Assembly: GCA_964016885.1 (NCBI GenBank)
Contig: OZ024740.1
Span: forward strand, 20,336,001 to 20,400,000
Reading direction: 5' to 3'
From: Eledone cirrhosa
Taxonomy: Eukaryota
DNA length: 64,000 bases
The position numbers and the translations under genes were made by a program. Shown piece after piece: positions 1 through 12,225 of the stretch. Under the pieces are notes generated by a model that worked only from the letters and a program-made list of their open reading frames with translations, ran no database searches and was not told the DNA's origin. Positions within the stretch are counted from its first letter, which is position 1; every line of letters starts with the position of its first letter.

Positions 1-252
1 AATGTGGAAGATGTGTGAAGACTGGGAAGATATGAATCAAGCTTGCTCTACTGGATGAATAACGGAGCAGAACTGAGCTGAGAGAGAAACTGTGTATAAG
101 TCAGATGTAGTGTGCATGTATATATTGCATACCTGTGTATGTATATATGTGTGTGTGATGAAGGAACATGAGGGGAGAGATGCTATGTTGAAAAGGACCC
201 ATCCAACCCATGCAAGTGTGGGAAAAACAGACGTTAGAATGATGATGATGAT
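1..252 (+). mobile_element. Degenerate RTE-clade LINE 3' end with (GAT)n tail
   Basis: Decayed similarity to the RTE C-terminal region seen at 44560-44950 (gcttgct..ctggatg, gagagaaactgtgt). Tail aacccatgcaagtgtgggaaaaacagacgttagaatgatgatg matches other RTE tails in the window. Confidence 0.6.
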
Positions 253-407
253 ATATATATATATATATAATTAATTAATTTCTATCTTTATTTATTGATG
301 GAATGATTACATTACTGATATTAATTTCATCAGTATCTAAAATTTGTCTTATGTAAACTGTAATTGTTGCCAAGAGGATATATTTTGGTAATGATGCAGA
401 GAATATT

Positions 408-726
408 ATCACTCTCCTCCTCCTTCACATCACCAATACCATCATCCTCCTCAGCACCACCACCCTCTCTTCCTCCTCCTCCTTCACATCATCACCAATA
501 CCACCATCCTCCTCACCACCGTCATCATCATTACCACCACTATCATCATCAACACCACCATCATCATCATCAACCACCACCATCATCCTCCTCACCATCA
601 TCACTACTAACCCCTCCATCCCCTTCTCAGTCCCCTCTCATCCTCAACAATATCATCACCATCATCATCATCATTACTCTTCCTCCGTCTCCCCCCTCAC
701 CACCACCACCACCACCACCATCATAA
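408..726. repeat. (CAT/CAC/CCT)n low-complexity trinucleotide tract
   Basis: Read directly. It explains the His/Pro/Ser ORF 364..726. Confidence 0.9.
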
Positions 727-1339
727 TGTAGCAGATGCATTATTAATGTTTTATCCAGCCAAATTCGATAAAATACCAGTCATACACTGCAATCAACCCA
801 ATCCACTGACTTCCTGTGTTTGTGGCCCTGTGCCAATATAAAAACCAATGCTTGTTATTAGTAACATTGCTATTGGCATAATTATTAGTGTTGGGCAAAG
901 TGCCTTGTGATGATTATTTTGGTCCTCTATAGTCTTATTTCAAATCTCACTATGGTCAACTTTGCCTTTCAACCTTTTAGAGTCAATTAATGACCATTCA
1001 CATACTGGCCTTGAGTTATCATATCATTAAGGGGGGCATCATAGATTTCTGAAGCTTGTGAGGGGTAGCTCTAATGCCACCCTCATATTGTTTGCTGTGG
1101 TCTAGGTTCATTTCTGACCTGACACAGTAGAATATCTAAGTATTACGTGAATTTGTCGACATCCATTACATACCTTTATATACTTTAGTTGCTGTAAAAA
1201 GTTAGACTGTCCCTAGCCCAAAGGCTCACCAGGCTGGAGTTTATCCCAGTTTTCATGATGTTAAGCAACTTAGAGTACAAGACAGGATGCCTCTCTATTG
1301 TAGAGCTAACATCCTAGCTCCTGTCTTTACTCATATATT

Positions 1340-1450
1340 TTCAACTGAGTAGATTTGAGCAACATGAAATTGTCTTGCTTAAGGACAAAACATGCCACCT
1401 GTTTTGAGAATTGAACCCATAAGTTTATGATCGTCAGCCAAACACCCTTC
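1340..1450 (-). mobile_element. Degenerate tRNA-derived SINE head
   Basis: ctgagtagatttgagcaacatgaaattgtcttgcttaaggac...gagaattgaacccat is the reverse complement of the SINE head at 6064-6200. Confidence 0.6.
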
Positions 1451-1594
1451 ATCACAATATCTCTTACTGCTCATACCTGGAGATTACATTAAGGCCCCCT
1501 CTTCCTTTTTAAAACAGTAAAGTGTAATTTGTGAAAAATTTGGCTGCTATTTCTACCAGGTTGAAAAACCCCAAAGGCACCCTCTTTCTGTCAA

Positions 1595-1763
1595 TAATAA
1601 TAGTAGTAGTAGTAGTAGTAGTTGCAGCAGCAGCAGTAATAGTAGTAGCAATAGTAGTAGTAGTAGTAGTTGCAGCAGCAGCAGTAGTTGTAGTAGCAAT
1701 AGTAGTAGTAGTAGCAGCAGCAGCAGTAGTAGTAGTAATAGTAGTAGCAATAGTAGTAGTAGT
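1595..1763. repeat. (GTA/GCA)n trinucleotide microsatellite
   Basis: Read directly. It explains the poly-V/A and poly-L ORFs. Confidence 0.95.
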
Positions 1764-1884
1764 TATGTCATGAAGTATTTATCCTATCATAAACAAAACA
1801 CTGTTGAAATATCTACTACCTCCTCCTGGTTCCCTTAAAAATAAATACACACAATAGATTGGTATCTCTGCTGCTCTATCATCC

Positions 1885-2290
1885 TCAGAACTTCTCTGAT
1901 TCTATCTTTTGCTGCAAAGTTTCCTTGAAAAGCCAACTACTTGTCTTATCGGAATTAACTTTTGCTCTAGCAACAAAAACAATCTGGATGAGAGCGAGTA
2001 TTTGTTTGATGTTTGGGAATGATAAAACAGCTACACATATCATCACTCCCTCTTCTTGCCTGTATAGTAATCTGTCATTGAAACTTAAGGCAACTAAACA
2101 GAGCATTTGTTTCTTAAAACAGTGTTGAAATTTACCTTGTTATAAAACTCAGCACGCCCAGTTTTTCAGAATCAACATCACTCCACAACAATAGCAATAT
2201 AAGTTGGAGAGGAGAAACCTTTGCTCACAGCTTTGTGATGGAGGGCTGTTGACACTGGGGTTTGGTGTATGCTGTTTAATTCAACATTAA
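1885..2290 (-). pseudogene. Possible highly decayed hAT transposase C-terminal fragments
   Basis: Minus strand gives PVSTA..SCE.GFS (ccagtgtcaacagcc...agctgtgagcaaaggtttctcc) and FPNIKQILALIQI. These resemble hAT dimerisation-domain motifs but are broken and out of the expected order. Confidence 0.3.
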
Positions 2291-2454
2291 ATCCATAGAT
2301 TTTGAACATAAAATATTAGGAATTAGATAGCAAGAACATGAGACTAACGTGAAACTGAGCGATGGTTTCTAGACCATCAATTGATGACTTTATAAGTTCA
2401 TCAGGATGGAGGTAGTTAGGATACATATATGAGATGGAAGATTTGTTTGGAATG

Positions 2455-2768
2455 TAAAGTGGTCATGTAGGTGTCATGACAAAATGCACCCAGTCCACAC
2501 TATAAAATGGTCATGTAGGTGTCGTGACAAAATGCACCCAGTCCACACTATAAAGTGGTCATGTAGGAGTCACAACACAAAGCACCCTGTACTCACTGTA
2601 AATGTGTTTGTTGTTAGGAAGAGCACCCAGCTGTAGAAACCAAGCCAAAATCAGTTCTGTATGAGCAAGGCATGGTCATCTGACCTGGCATTTCTCACAA
2701 CAGGACAACTCATCTAACCCATGCTTACTTGGAAAAATGGATGTTAAACAGTGATGATGATGACGATG
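2455..2768 (+). mobile_element. RTE/SINE shared 3' module with about 3 copies of a ~45-bp subrepeat and a (GAT)n tail
   Basis: gtggtcatgtaggtgtcatgacaaaatgcacccagtccacactataaa repeated, then gttaggaagagcacccagctgtagaaaccaagcc...ctaacccatgc...gatgatg, as in 27330-27598. Confidence 0.8.
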
Positions 2769-4089
2769 TATCCAGTTAGATAGCTGATGTCAAAAGAGCA
2801 AGAGGGAGACTCCGAGAAACATAGATAAGAATGATGTGACAGAATGTTGGGATAACTTAAGAGAGCGTCAGGGTGACTTAAGAGAGAGTCAGGGTGTCAG
2901 TGACATCAAAACCCCATCACATTGGTGTGAAAGAGTAAAACAAAACAAAGAAGCAAATAGAAAAGAAAGTTGAATAGAAAGCAGCAGCACATTTAGTAGC
3001 AGGGAGTCCCAGTGGGATTTGATTCTGTGGCAAGAAGGACTGGGTAAAATGTTTAGTATGAGGTTTAAGATGGCTAATGAAGTATGTGAACATGATAACA
3101 GCTAAAACCTAATTTCAAAGAAGACAATGTTTCAGGCAAAGAAACATATGGCTTACCTTCTTGTAATATAATACTAAGTTTCTGATTACTATGGCATCTT
3201 TCTTGGTTTCTTCTCCCACCCTACTCCACCATCTCATCACCTACCCTTACTCTCTCCTCACCTCCCACTTCTCCCTGCCCACCTACCCCCCTCTACTTTC
3301 TCTCTCTAACCTCTTCCTCCCTGGTATTTAATCAAAAGCTACTGCATCTTATTGCCAGTTGCAATTATAACGCACCTCTGTAGACTGTAGTAGAATTTTG
3401 GCTGGTTTCATTCATCTTCTTCCTTACCCCTTTAAACTCGTGACCCCAACACCACCACCATACTCTGCCAATCTTATTATTAAGAAATGGTTACTCTCCT
3501 TCCCCTCTCCACCAATCAATAACCCTTATTGTTGGAACATCATGTTTTAACTATCTAAAATGTATTGTTTTTGGTTAATTCCTGCACTGGCATTGTTACT
3601 GCACCAACGTTGAGCATGTTTTTCACCTCCTGTCGTTCCTAGTAGTAATACATCTCACTCAGTAGCAGCTTCTATGCTTGGTAGAACTTAGAAATGGCAT
3701 TGTTACATTTGTCCTTTGAAAGGGTGATATGGATGAACTATTTCAAACTTAACTGACATTTAACGGACTATTAACCCTTTACCATATTTCCGGTAAAATA
3801 CATTGTAGAATTTGGAAGGATTAACTAAAATTTGTTCAGTTATTAAGATGGTATTTGTAACATAACAAAAAGTTTTTTTTTAAAGAAATTATATTGGAAA
3901 AGTTCAATTTAACTAAGAAACTTTTAAATGGATGGTTGTCTTGTATAGAATCAGTGTCTCGTTTAGTGGGTTGACCTTATCTTTAAAATAAATATTTACA
4001 CTATATCTACACTTTGTTTCAATCATTTTATTCTCTGATTGTCATCAGGTGCCTTGTTCCTGGATAATGTATATGGCTTCAGCACACAG

Positions 4090-4640
4090 GCATAGTTGAG
4101 TGGATACAAAGTTTTCTTTTCAATCAATAGATCCTAGGTTGTATCCCACTGTGTGACATCTTCAGCGAAAATGTCTTTGATTTAGCTTCTAGATAAGCCA
4201 GACTGCATGACATCTTGAGCCAAATGTCTTTAGCATGGCTTCAAAATAAGCCATACTGGGTGACATCTTGAGCCAAATGTCTTTAGCATGGCTTCAAAAT
4301 AAGCCATACTGGGTGACATCTTGAGCCAAGTATCTTTAGAATAGCTTCTTAATAAGCCATATTGGGTAACATCTTGAGCCAAGTATCTTTAGCATAGCTT
4401 CAGATAAGCCAGACTGGGTGATATCTTGTGCCAAGAATCTTTAGAATAGCTTCAAAATAAGCCATATTGGGTGACATCTTGAGCCAAGTATCTTTAGCAT
4501 AGCTTCAGATAAGCCAGACTGGGTGATATCTTGTGTCAAGAATCTTTAGAATAGCTTCAAAATAAGCCAGACTGTGTAACATCTTGAGCTAAGTGTCTTT
4601 AGTATACCTGGAAACTATGCTTTCACACAGCATAGTTGCC
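4090..4640 (+). repeat. Degenerate SINE head followed by a 52-53-bp tandem array (about 8-9 copies)
   Basis: Unit gacatcttgagccaaatgtctttagcatggcttcaaaataagccatactgggt at 4209, 4262, 4315 and onward. It is preceded by the tRNA-like ggcatagttgagtgg...ctaggttgtatcccactgtgtg. Confidence 0.8.
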
Positions 4641-5141
4641 AATAAGCCAGACTGTGTGGAATGGATTTTTATACAAAATAATGTATTTATAGTTAAACAA
4701 GGTTTTAGTAAAACAAATATTCGCTATATTCTCACTGGTTCCCATTAATCCCTCAATGAGACATTTGAACATATAACCATGTAAAGCTGTATCAGATTGC
4801 TTACAAAATGTTATTTCTAATGGGGGGTGATTGTACGTGGATAAGTTTTAAATATATAAATGGTCTCTTTTACAAAAACAAATTTTAAATAACATTTCAA
4901 CTTTTTTCTTAATTACTTTTCTGTGTGATTAATACGTATTATGATTAATATCAGTTTAAGTTTTATAGCTTTTTAAAAAATAATTTGACAAAATATGGGA
5001 CATGTAATTTGTGATGTATTTATGTGAGTTGTCTCATTTCTTACCATCTTATAAACATGAAAAATAAAAATACAGTTGCAAAGAACAGCACAATACAATA
5101 ACAGTTTATTAGTATAACACTTAAGGTTTCGAAAAGGGTCT

Positions 5142-5172
<31 letters not shown>

Positions 5173-5619
5173 GGGAGCACACAGGACAAAGTCAATGGAA
5201 AGACAGACAGTCCCATTTCCTCAGTCAACCTCTGGAAATCACTATGGTTTTGGTATATTAAGGTCAGTACCATTCATTCCAGTGCACATTCACACATATA
5301 TATATAACTTGATGAACCACTATGTACCAAGTTCCATTGAAAAGGCAGTGGTCAACCTGACTGTGTGATAGAATTGACTCACTGAAAAAGCCACACAATG
5401 GGTTTAAAAGAAAAATATTTTGCTGGCTTTTGTCATATATATATATACATATATCAAAAATAGAAGTATTATATGACAAACTCATAGGAGAGTATAGGAC
5501 GATATATATATTAGATGCATTATGTGTAAGTAAAGTGTGCTCAATGCTTGAAGTTACAATATTAAAGTGAAGTTAATATCTCGGAAGAATTAATATGCAG
5601 AAGATATAAGCAGACCAAT

Positions 5620-5872
5620 TATAAACAGAAAATCGTGAAGGAGAATCAAAACAGTTATCAACAGAGTTCATTATCTTTAATTGACATCATTATGAACTGT
5701 CGTTGCTTCCTCTGACAATTGTAGAGTGAAATGTATCTATTGGTGATTTCAGATTAAATTTTCATTCTATTTTGTAACTACACCTTGTATTAGTCATCTA
5801 TATGATACATTATCTAAGGAATAAACAATGTTGATAACTGTTTTGATTCTCCTTCACAATTTTCTGTTTATA
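5620..5872. repeat. Inverted repeat, 44-bp arms with a ~165-bp spacer, next to TA/TACA tracts
   Basis: tataaacagaaaatcgtgaaggagaatcaaaacagttatcaaca (5620-5663) pairs with tgttgataactgttttgattctccttcacaattttctgtttata (5829-5872), one mismatch. Confidence 0.85.
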
Positions 5873-6063
5873 TACATACATACGTATGTATATATACATA
5901 CGTATGTATATATGTTCCTTAATTTATTTCTATGTGAATGTCTACACAGGAAACAGGTCAGTTTTGGAATAAAATGTCCATGTCATTGTTTATAAGAATT
6001 GTTTCTTTTGTCTATTCTTCGTTTCCTTTCCTACCTTAGTTCAATATTTCTGAATATTCTAGT

Positions 6064-6410
6064 GGAGGCACATGGCTTAGTGGTTAGAGCATTGGCCTTG
6101 CAATCGAAAGGTTGTGAGTTCAATTCTCAGACCGGGTGATGTGTTGTTTCCTTGAGCAAGACACTTTATTTCACATTGCTCCAGTTTACTCAGCTGTAGA
6201 AATGAGATGAATGGGACTGGGGTCCCTATCATTCCACTGTAAAGTGGTCGTGGAGGTGCCACGGCAAAAAAGCACCCAGCACTCACTGTAAATGAGGTTG
6301 GTGTTAGGAAGGGCATCCAGCTGTAGAAATCAAGCCAGAATCAGTTCCCGTCCCACCCTTGCAAGCAGGGAAAAAAGGACGTAAAATGAAATGATGATGA
6401 TGATGATGAT
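6064..6410 (+). mobile_element. tRNA-derived SINE with RTE-type tail
   Basis: A box tggcttagtgg, B box gagttcaattctc, central tccttgagcaagacactt, ggaagggcatccagctgtagaaa module, (GAT)n end. Confidence 0.9.
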
Positions 6411-6929
6411 TCTTCTGTATCTGCAGTTGATTATTATTATTACCATCATTAGTCTTATTTTATCATTGTTGTTGTTTTCTCTCTTGTGTAAACTTCATCT
6501 TCTTCCTGTTCGTAAAGTTGTGTTAATTGTTGCTTTTGTTGGAATCTGTGGCCAATATTGTCATTGTTTAGTGATCACTATGTTTTTATATTTTATTTCT
6601 GTTAGTCCATTATAGTAACTATCTGCTTATCTTTTATATTTGTATTGTCAGTTCTGCAGTTGAACTTCTCATCTTCAATCTCTGATTTACAGGAGGAAAA
6701 CTCAAAACTCTCTTTTATGTAATATTGCTATATTGATCTGTTGTGAAGGTTTATTATTGTCAAAATCATTGTATTACTTTCTGATGTCTCCCCAACATCT
6801 ATCTTTTTAATCTCTCATTTGTTTGTTGTTCACAAGTTTTAATACAAATTGTAAAATACTGTCATTTTGGAACTTTTTCTTTTACAGTAGAAAAAAATAA
6901 ATTTATAAGTTTTATGGTAAAATTAAAGA

Positions 6930-7270
6930 GAAATGTTTTGTATTTATCATTATCAAACTGGTTTTGTATTTATTATCAACCTGGTTATGTATTTATTATC
7001 AAACTTGTTTTGTATTTATCATTTTCGAACTGGGTTTGTATTTTACATTATCAAAGTGTGTATATTTCATTATCAAACTGTGTGTATTTCATTATTAAAA
7101 TTATATCAAAATTATGTGTATTTCATTATGAAACATCGCTTATATATTGCATAATCAAATTAGGTTTAAACATTTCCTTATCAAACTAATTTTATGCATT
7201 TCATTATCAGAGTTTGTGTATTTCATAATTGAAACATTGTTTGTATATTTTACTATCAAACTGGGTTAAT
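6930..7270. repeat. Degenerate AT-rich ~27-bp tandem repeat
   Basis: Recurrent tgtatttatcattatcaaact motif. Confidence 0.7.
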
Positions 7271-7321
7271 TCATGTTTAAATATGTATTGTAAAGAAAAG
7301 AGTACTCTTGGAGTTAATGAG

Positions 7322-10300
7322 TTCCAGGTGTAGAGTACTTCTTACCTTCCAGATGTACAGTACTTCTTACTTTCTAGATGAACAGTACACCTTACCTTCC
7401 ACATGTACAGTACACCTTACCTTCCAGATGTACAGTACTTCTTACCTTCCAGATGTACAGTACACCTTACCTTCCAGATGTATAGTACACCTTACCTTCC
7501 AGATGTACAGTACACCTTACCTTCCAGATGTATAGTACTCCTTACCTTCCAGATGTACAGTACTCCTTACCTTCCAGATGTACAGTACTTCTTACCTTCC
7601 AGATGTACAGTACTCCTTACCTTCCAGATGTACAGTACACCTTACCTTCCAGATGTACAGCACACCTTACCTTCCAGGTGTACAGTACTTCTTACCTTCC
7701 AGATGTACAGTACACCTTACCTTCTAGATGTACAGTACACCTTACCTTCCAGATGTACAGTACTTCTTACCTTCCACATGTACAGTACTCCTTACCTTCT
7801 AGATGTACAGTACACCTTACCTTCCAGATGTACAGTACACCTTACCTTCCAGATGTACAGTACACCTTACCTTCCAGATGTACAGTACACCTTACCTTCC
7901 AGATGTACTGTACTTCTTACCTTCCAGATGTACCTTCCAGATGTGTAGTACTCTTTACCTTCCAGATGTACAATACTTCTTACCTTCCAGATGTACAGTA
8001 CACCTTACCTTCCAGATGTACAGTACTCCTTACCTTCCAGATGTACAGTACACCTTACCTTCCAGGTGTACAGTACTTCTTACCTTCCAGATGTACAGTA
8101 CTCCTTACCTTCCAGATGTACAGTACTCCTTACCTTCCAGATGCACAGTACTTCTTACCTTCCAGATGTACAGTACTCCTTACCTTCCAGATGTACAGTA
8201 CTCCTTACCTTCCAGATGCACAGTACACCTAACCTTCCAGTTGTACAGTACACCTTACCTTCCAGATATACAGTACACCTTACCTTCTAGATGTACAGTA
8301 CTTCTTACCTTCCAGATGTACAGTACACCTTACCTTCCAGATGTACTGTACTCTTTACCTCCCAGATGTACAGTACTTCTTACCTTCCAGATGTACAGTA
8401 CTCTTTACCTCCCAGATGTACAGTACTCCTTACCTTCCAGATGTACAGTACTTCTTACCTTCCAGATGTACTGTACTCTCCTTACCTTCCAGATGTACAG
8501 TACACCTTACCTTCCAGATGTACAGTACTCTTTACCCTCCAGATGTACAGTACTTTTTACCTTCCAGATGTACAGTACTTCTTACCTTCCAGATGTACAG
8601 TACACCTTACCTTCCAGATGTACAGTACTTCTTACCTTCCAGATGTACTGTACTCTTTACCTCCCAGATGTACAGTACTTCTTACCTCCCAGATGTACAG
8701 TACTCTTTACCTCCCAGATGTACAGTACTCCTTACCTTCTAGATGTACAGTACACCTTACCTTCCAGATGTACAGTACACCTTACCTTCCAGATGTACAG
8801 TACACCTTACCTTCCAGATGTACAGTACACCTTACCTTCCAGATGTACTGTACTTCTTACCTTCCAGATGTGTAGTACTCTTTACCTTCCAGATGTACAA
8901 TACTTCTTACCTTCCAGATGTACAGTACACCTTACCTTCCAGATGTACAGTACTCCTTACCTTCCAGATGTACAGTACACCTTACCTTCCAGGTGTACAG
9001 TACTTCTTACCTTCCAGATGTACAGTACTCCTTACCTTCCAGATGTACAGTATTCCTTACCTTCCAGATGCACAGTACTTCTTACCTTCCAGATGTACAG
9101 TACTCCTTACCTTCCAGATGTACAGTACTCCTTACCTTCCAGATGCACAGTACACCTAACCTTCCAGTTGTACAGTACACCTTACCTTCCAGATATACAG
9201 TACACCTTACCTTCTAGATGTACAGTACTTCTTACCTTCCAGATGTACAGTACACCTTACCTTCCAGATGTACTGTACTCTTTACCTCCCAGATGTACAG
9301 TACTTCTTACCTTCCAGATGTACAGTACTCTTTACCTCCCAGATGTACAGTACTCCTTACCTTCCAGATGTACAGTACTTCTTACCTTCCAGATGTACTG
9401 TACTCTCCTTACCTTCCAGATGTACAGTACACCTTACCTTCCAGATGTACAGTACTCTTTACCCTCCAGATGTACAGTACTTTTTACCTTCCAGATGTAC
9501 AGTACTTCTTACCTTCCAGATGTACAGTACACCTTACCTTCCAGATGTACAGTACTTCTTACCTTCCAGATGTACTGTACTCTCCTTACCTTCCAGATGT
9601 ACAGTACACCTTACCTTCCAGATGTACAGTACTCTTTACCCTCCAGATGTACAGTACTTTTTACCTTCCAGATGTACAGTACACCTTACCTTCCAGATGT
9701 ACAGTACTCTTTACCTCCCAGATGTACAGTACTTCTTACCTTCCAGATGTACAGTACTCTTTACCTTCCAGATGTACAGTACTCTTTACCTTCCAGATGT
9801 ACAGTACTTCTTACCTTCCAGATGTACAGTGCTTCTTACTTTCCAGATGTACAGTACTTCTTACCTTCCAGATATACTGTACTTCTTACCTTCCAGATGT
9901 ACTGTACTTCTTACCTTCCAGATGTACAGTACTCCTTACCTTCCAGATGTACAGTACTCCTTACCTTCCAGATGTACAGTACTCCTTACCTTCCAGATGT
10001 ACAGTACTTCTTACTTTCCAGATGTACAGTACTCTTTACCTTCCAGATGTACAGTACTTCTTACCTTCCAGATGTACAGTACTCTTTAGCTTCCAGATGT
10101 ACAGTACTCTTTAGCTTCCAGATGTACAGTACTTCTTACCTTCCAGATGTACAGTACTTCTTACCTTCCAGATGTACAGTACTTCTTACTTTCCAGATGT
10201 ACAGTACTTCTTACCTTCCAGATGTACAGTACTTCTTACCTTCCAGATGTACAGTACTTCTTACCTTCCAGATGTACAGTACTCTTTAGCTTCCAGATGT

Positions 10301-10676
10301 ACAGTACTTCTTACCTTCCAGATGTACAGTACTTCTTACCTTCCAGATGTACAGTACTTCTTACTTTCCAGATGTACATTACTTCTTACCTTCCAGATGT
10401 ACAGTACTTCTTACCTTCCAGATGTACAGTGCTTCTTACTTTCCAGATGTACAGTACTTCTTACCTTCCAGATATACTGTACTTCTTACCTTCCAGATGT
10501 ACAGTACTTCTTACCTTCCAGATGTACAGTGCTTCTTACTTTCCAGATGTACAGTACTTCTTACCTTCCAGATGTACAGTACACCTTACCTTCCAGATGT
10601 ACAGTACTTCTTACCTTCCAGATGTACAGTACTCCTTACCTTCCACATGTACAGTACTCCTTACCTTCCAGATGTA
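7322..10676. repeat. 25-bp minisatellite, about 134 copies, with a 927-bp higher-order duplication
   Basis: Unit cttaccttccagatgtacagta(cac/ctc/ctt). Rare variants recur at a 927-bp offset (atgtgtagta at 7941 and 8868; ORFs 7991/8918 and 8291/9218). Confidence 0.97.
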
Positions 10677-10761
10677 TCAACATCAGTTTTAATTATTGAA
10701 TATAATGTACCCTTTCAAGAGTATATTTATACTAAACGTCACATGTTATTTATTTTCAGAA

Positions 10762-11181
10762 ATGTATGTGTGTTTGTGTGTGTCTGTATGTGTGTTTGTG
10801 TGTGTCTGTATGTGTGTGTGTGTGTCTATGTGTGTGCGTGTTTGTGTGCGCCTGTGTTTGTGTGTCTGTATGTGTGTGTATGTGTGTGTATTTATGTGTG
10901 TGTGTATGTATGTGTTTGTGTGTATGTGTTTGTGTGTGTCTGTATGTGTGTGTGTTTGTGTGTGTCTATGTATGTGTGTTTGTGTGTGTCTGTATGTGTG
11001 TGTGTGTCTGTATGTGTGTGCGTGTTTGTGTGCGCCTGTATGTGTGTGTGTGCGCCTGTGTGTGTGTGTGTGTGTCTGTATGTGTGTATGTGTTTGTGTG
11101 TGTATGTATGTGTGTGTGTGTTTGTCTGTGTGTGTCTGTATGTGTGTGCGTGTTTGTGTGCGCCTGTATGTGTGTGTGTGT
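10762..11181. repeat. Compound (TG)n microsatellite
   Basis: Read directly. Confidence 0.95.
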
Positions 11182-11294
11182 AGATAACTATAGAGTGAAA
11201 TCCATATCATGGTGTCATGTAGATACATATGCAGAAATATAGGTGTACATGTGTGTGTATATACCTATGAACATATTATACACACACATAATCG

Positions 11295-11505
11295 TCACCA
11301 TCATCATTCTGTCCACTTTTCCATGCTAGCATGGGTCAGGCAGGTCCTTCTCAGCACGGCATCTTCTATTTGTCGTTCCTTCGTCATCTCTTCTTCCAGT
11401 CTTAGTGAGGTCTGCTCTCACAACCTCTGCCTCGGTTTTTCTTTGTTGTCCTCTATTGTGACTTCCTTCCACTGGGATTTCCTGGCATTTCTTCACCCAT
11501 CAGTC
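11295..11505 (-). mobile_element. Degenerate RTE LINE 3' fragment (short-tail type)
   Basis: catcattctgtccacttttccatgctagcatggg...cagcacggcatct is the reverse complement of the 44750-44950 type end. Confidence 0.7.
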
Positions 11506-12225
11506 ATACATATACTCACGTATTTAAATGAACTAAATTAAACAGCAACAAATTCCTATTTCTTTTTAATACTATTTTTCTAGTTTGGCAGAAAAAAATT
11601 ATTCTTGGCCTGAATGTTTGATTTATTAGTCTTCTTTATGTTCAAATTCTACTGGGTTCAGTTTTCCCTTAAATTAGTTCAAAGCCAATGAAATTTGTAC
11701 CAGAAATATACTGGGCTCATATACAAAGGTGAAATGGATGTAATCAATATCAGTAGGGGGGGGGGGGGTCTCGGATTTGAATCTTTGCAATATATTGAAC
11801 TCTGTTAAAAGTACCTAAGACCCAGGTGATGGTGTAAAACTGGGTGTTGTTTTAAGCCTACTACACTTCCACAAAAATTGGCCTGCTGCTTACCGCAAAG
11901 AAGTCAGAATAAATTTTCCCATTTTTTGCCAGCCACAATTTGTTAATTATTAACGAAGTGTTAAAGTAAACATTGTTGTTTTAAAAATATAAATAACTGA
12001 TAAACATTTCTGTTTTCTCTTTTATTATAAAAAAACAAAGATGTAGTAGCCACCTTATTAAATAGTTAAAAATACATGCTGTCGTTATATAGGTGTGTTA
12101 TATAAACATACACCTTCTAAATTTATTAGGTTTTCTGGAAACACTTTCTTAATAAAGAGCTCATTTTTTTTTCCTTTTCATAAAGGAATTCCCTACTAAT
12201 TACGTAATACTGAAACAGCCGTCTT

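Noticed and set aside
6064-6140. tRNA gene (also 17820-17896 and 27159-27230)
   Set aside because: A/B boxes are present, but the sequence continues into a SINE body and LINE tail, with no convincing cloverleaf.
7308-10699. Long ORFs up to 828 aa (MYSTPYLPDVQY repeats)
   Set aside because: These are translations of a 25-bp satellite. The unit is not a multiple of 3 and the same peptides appear in all frames.
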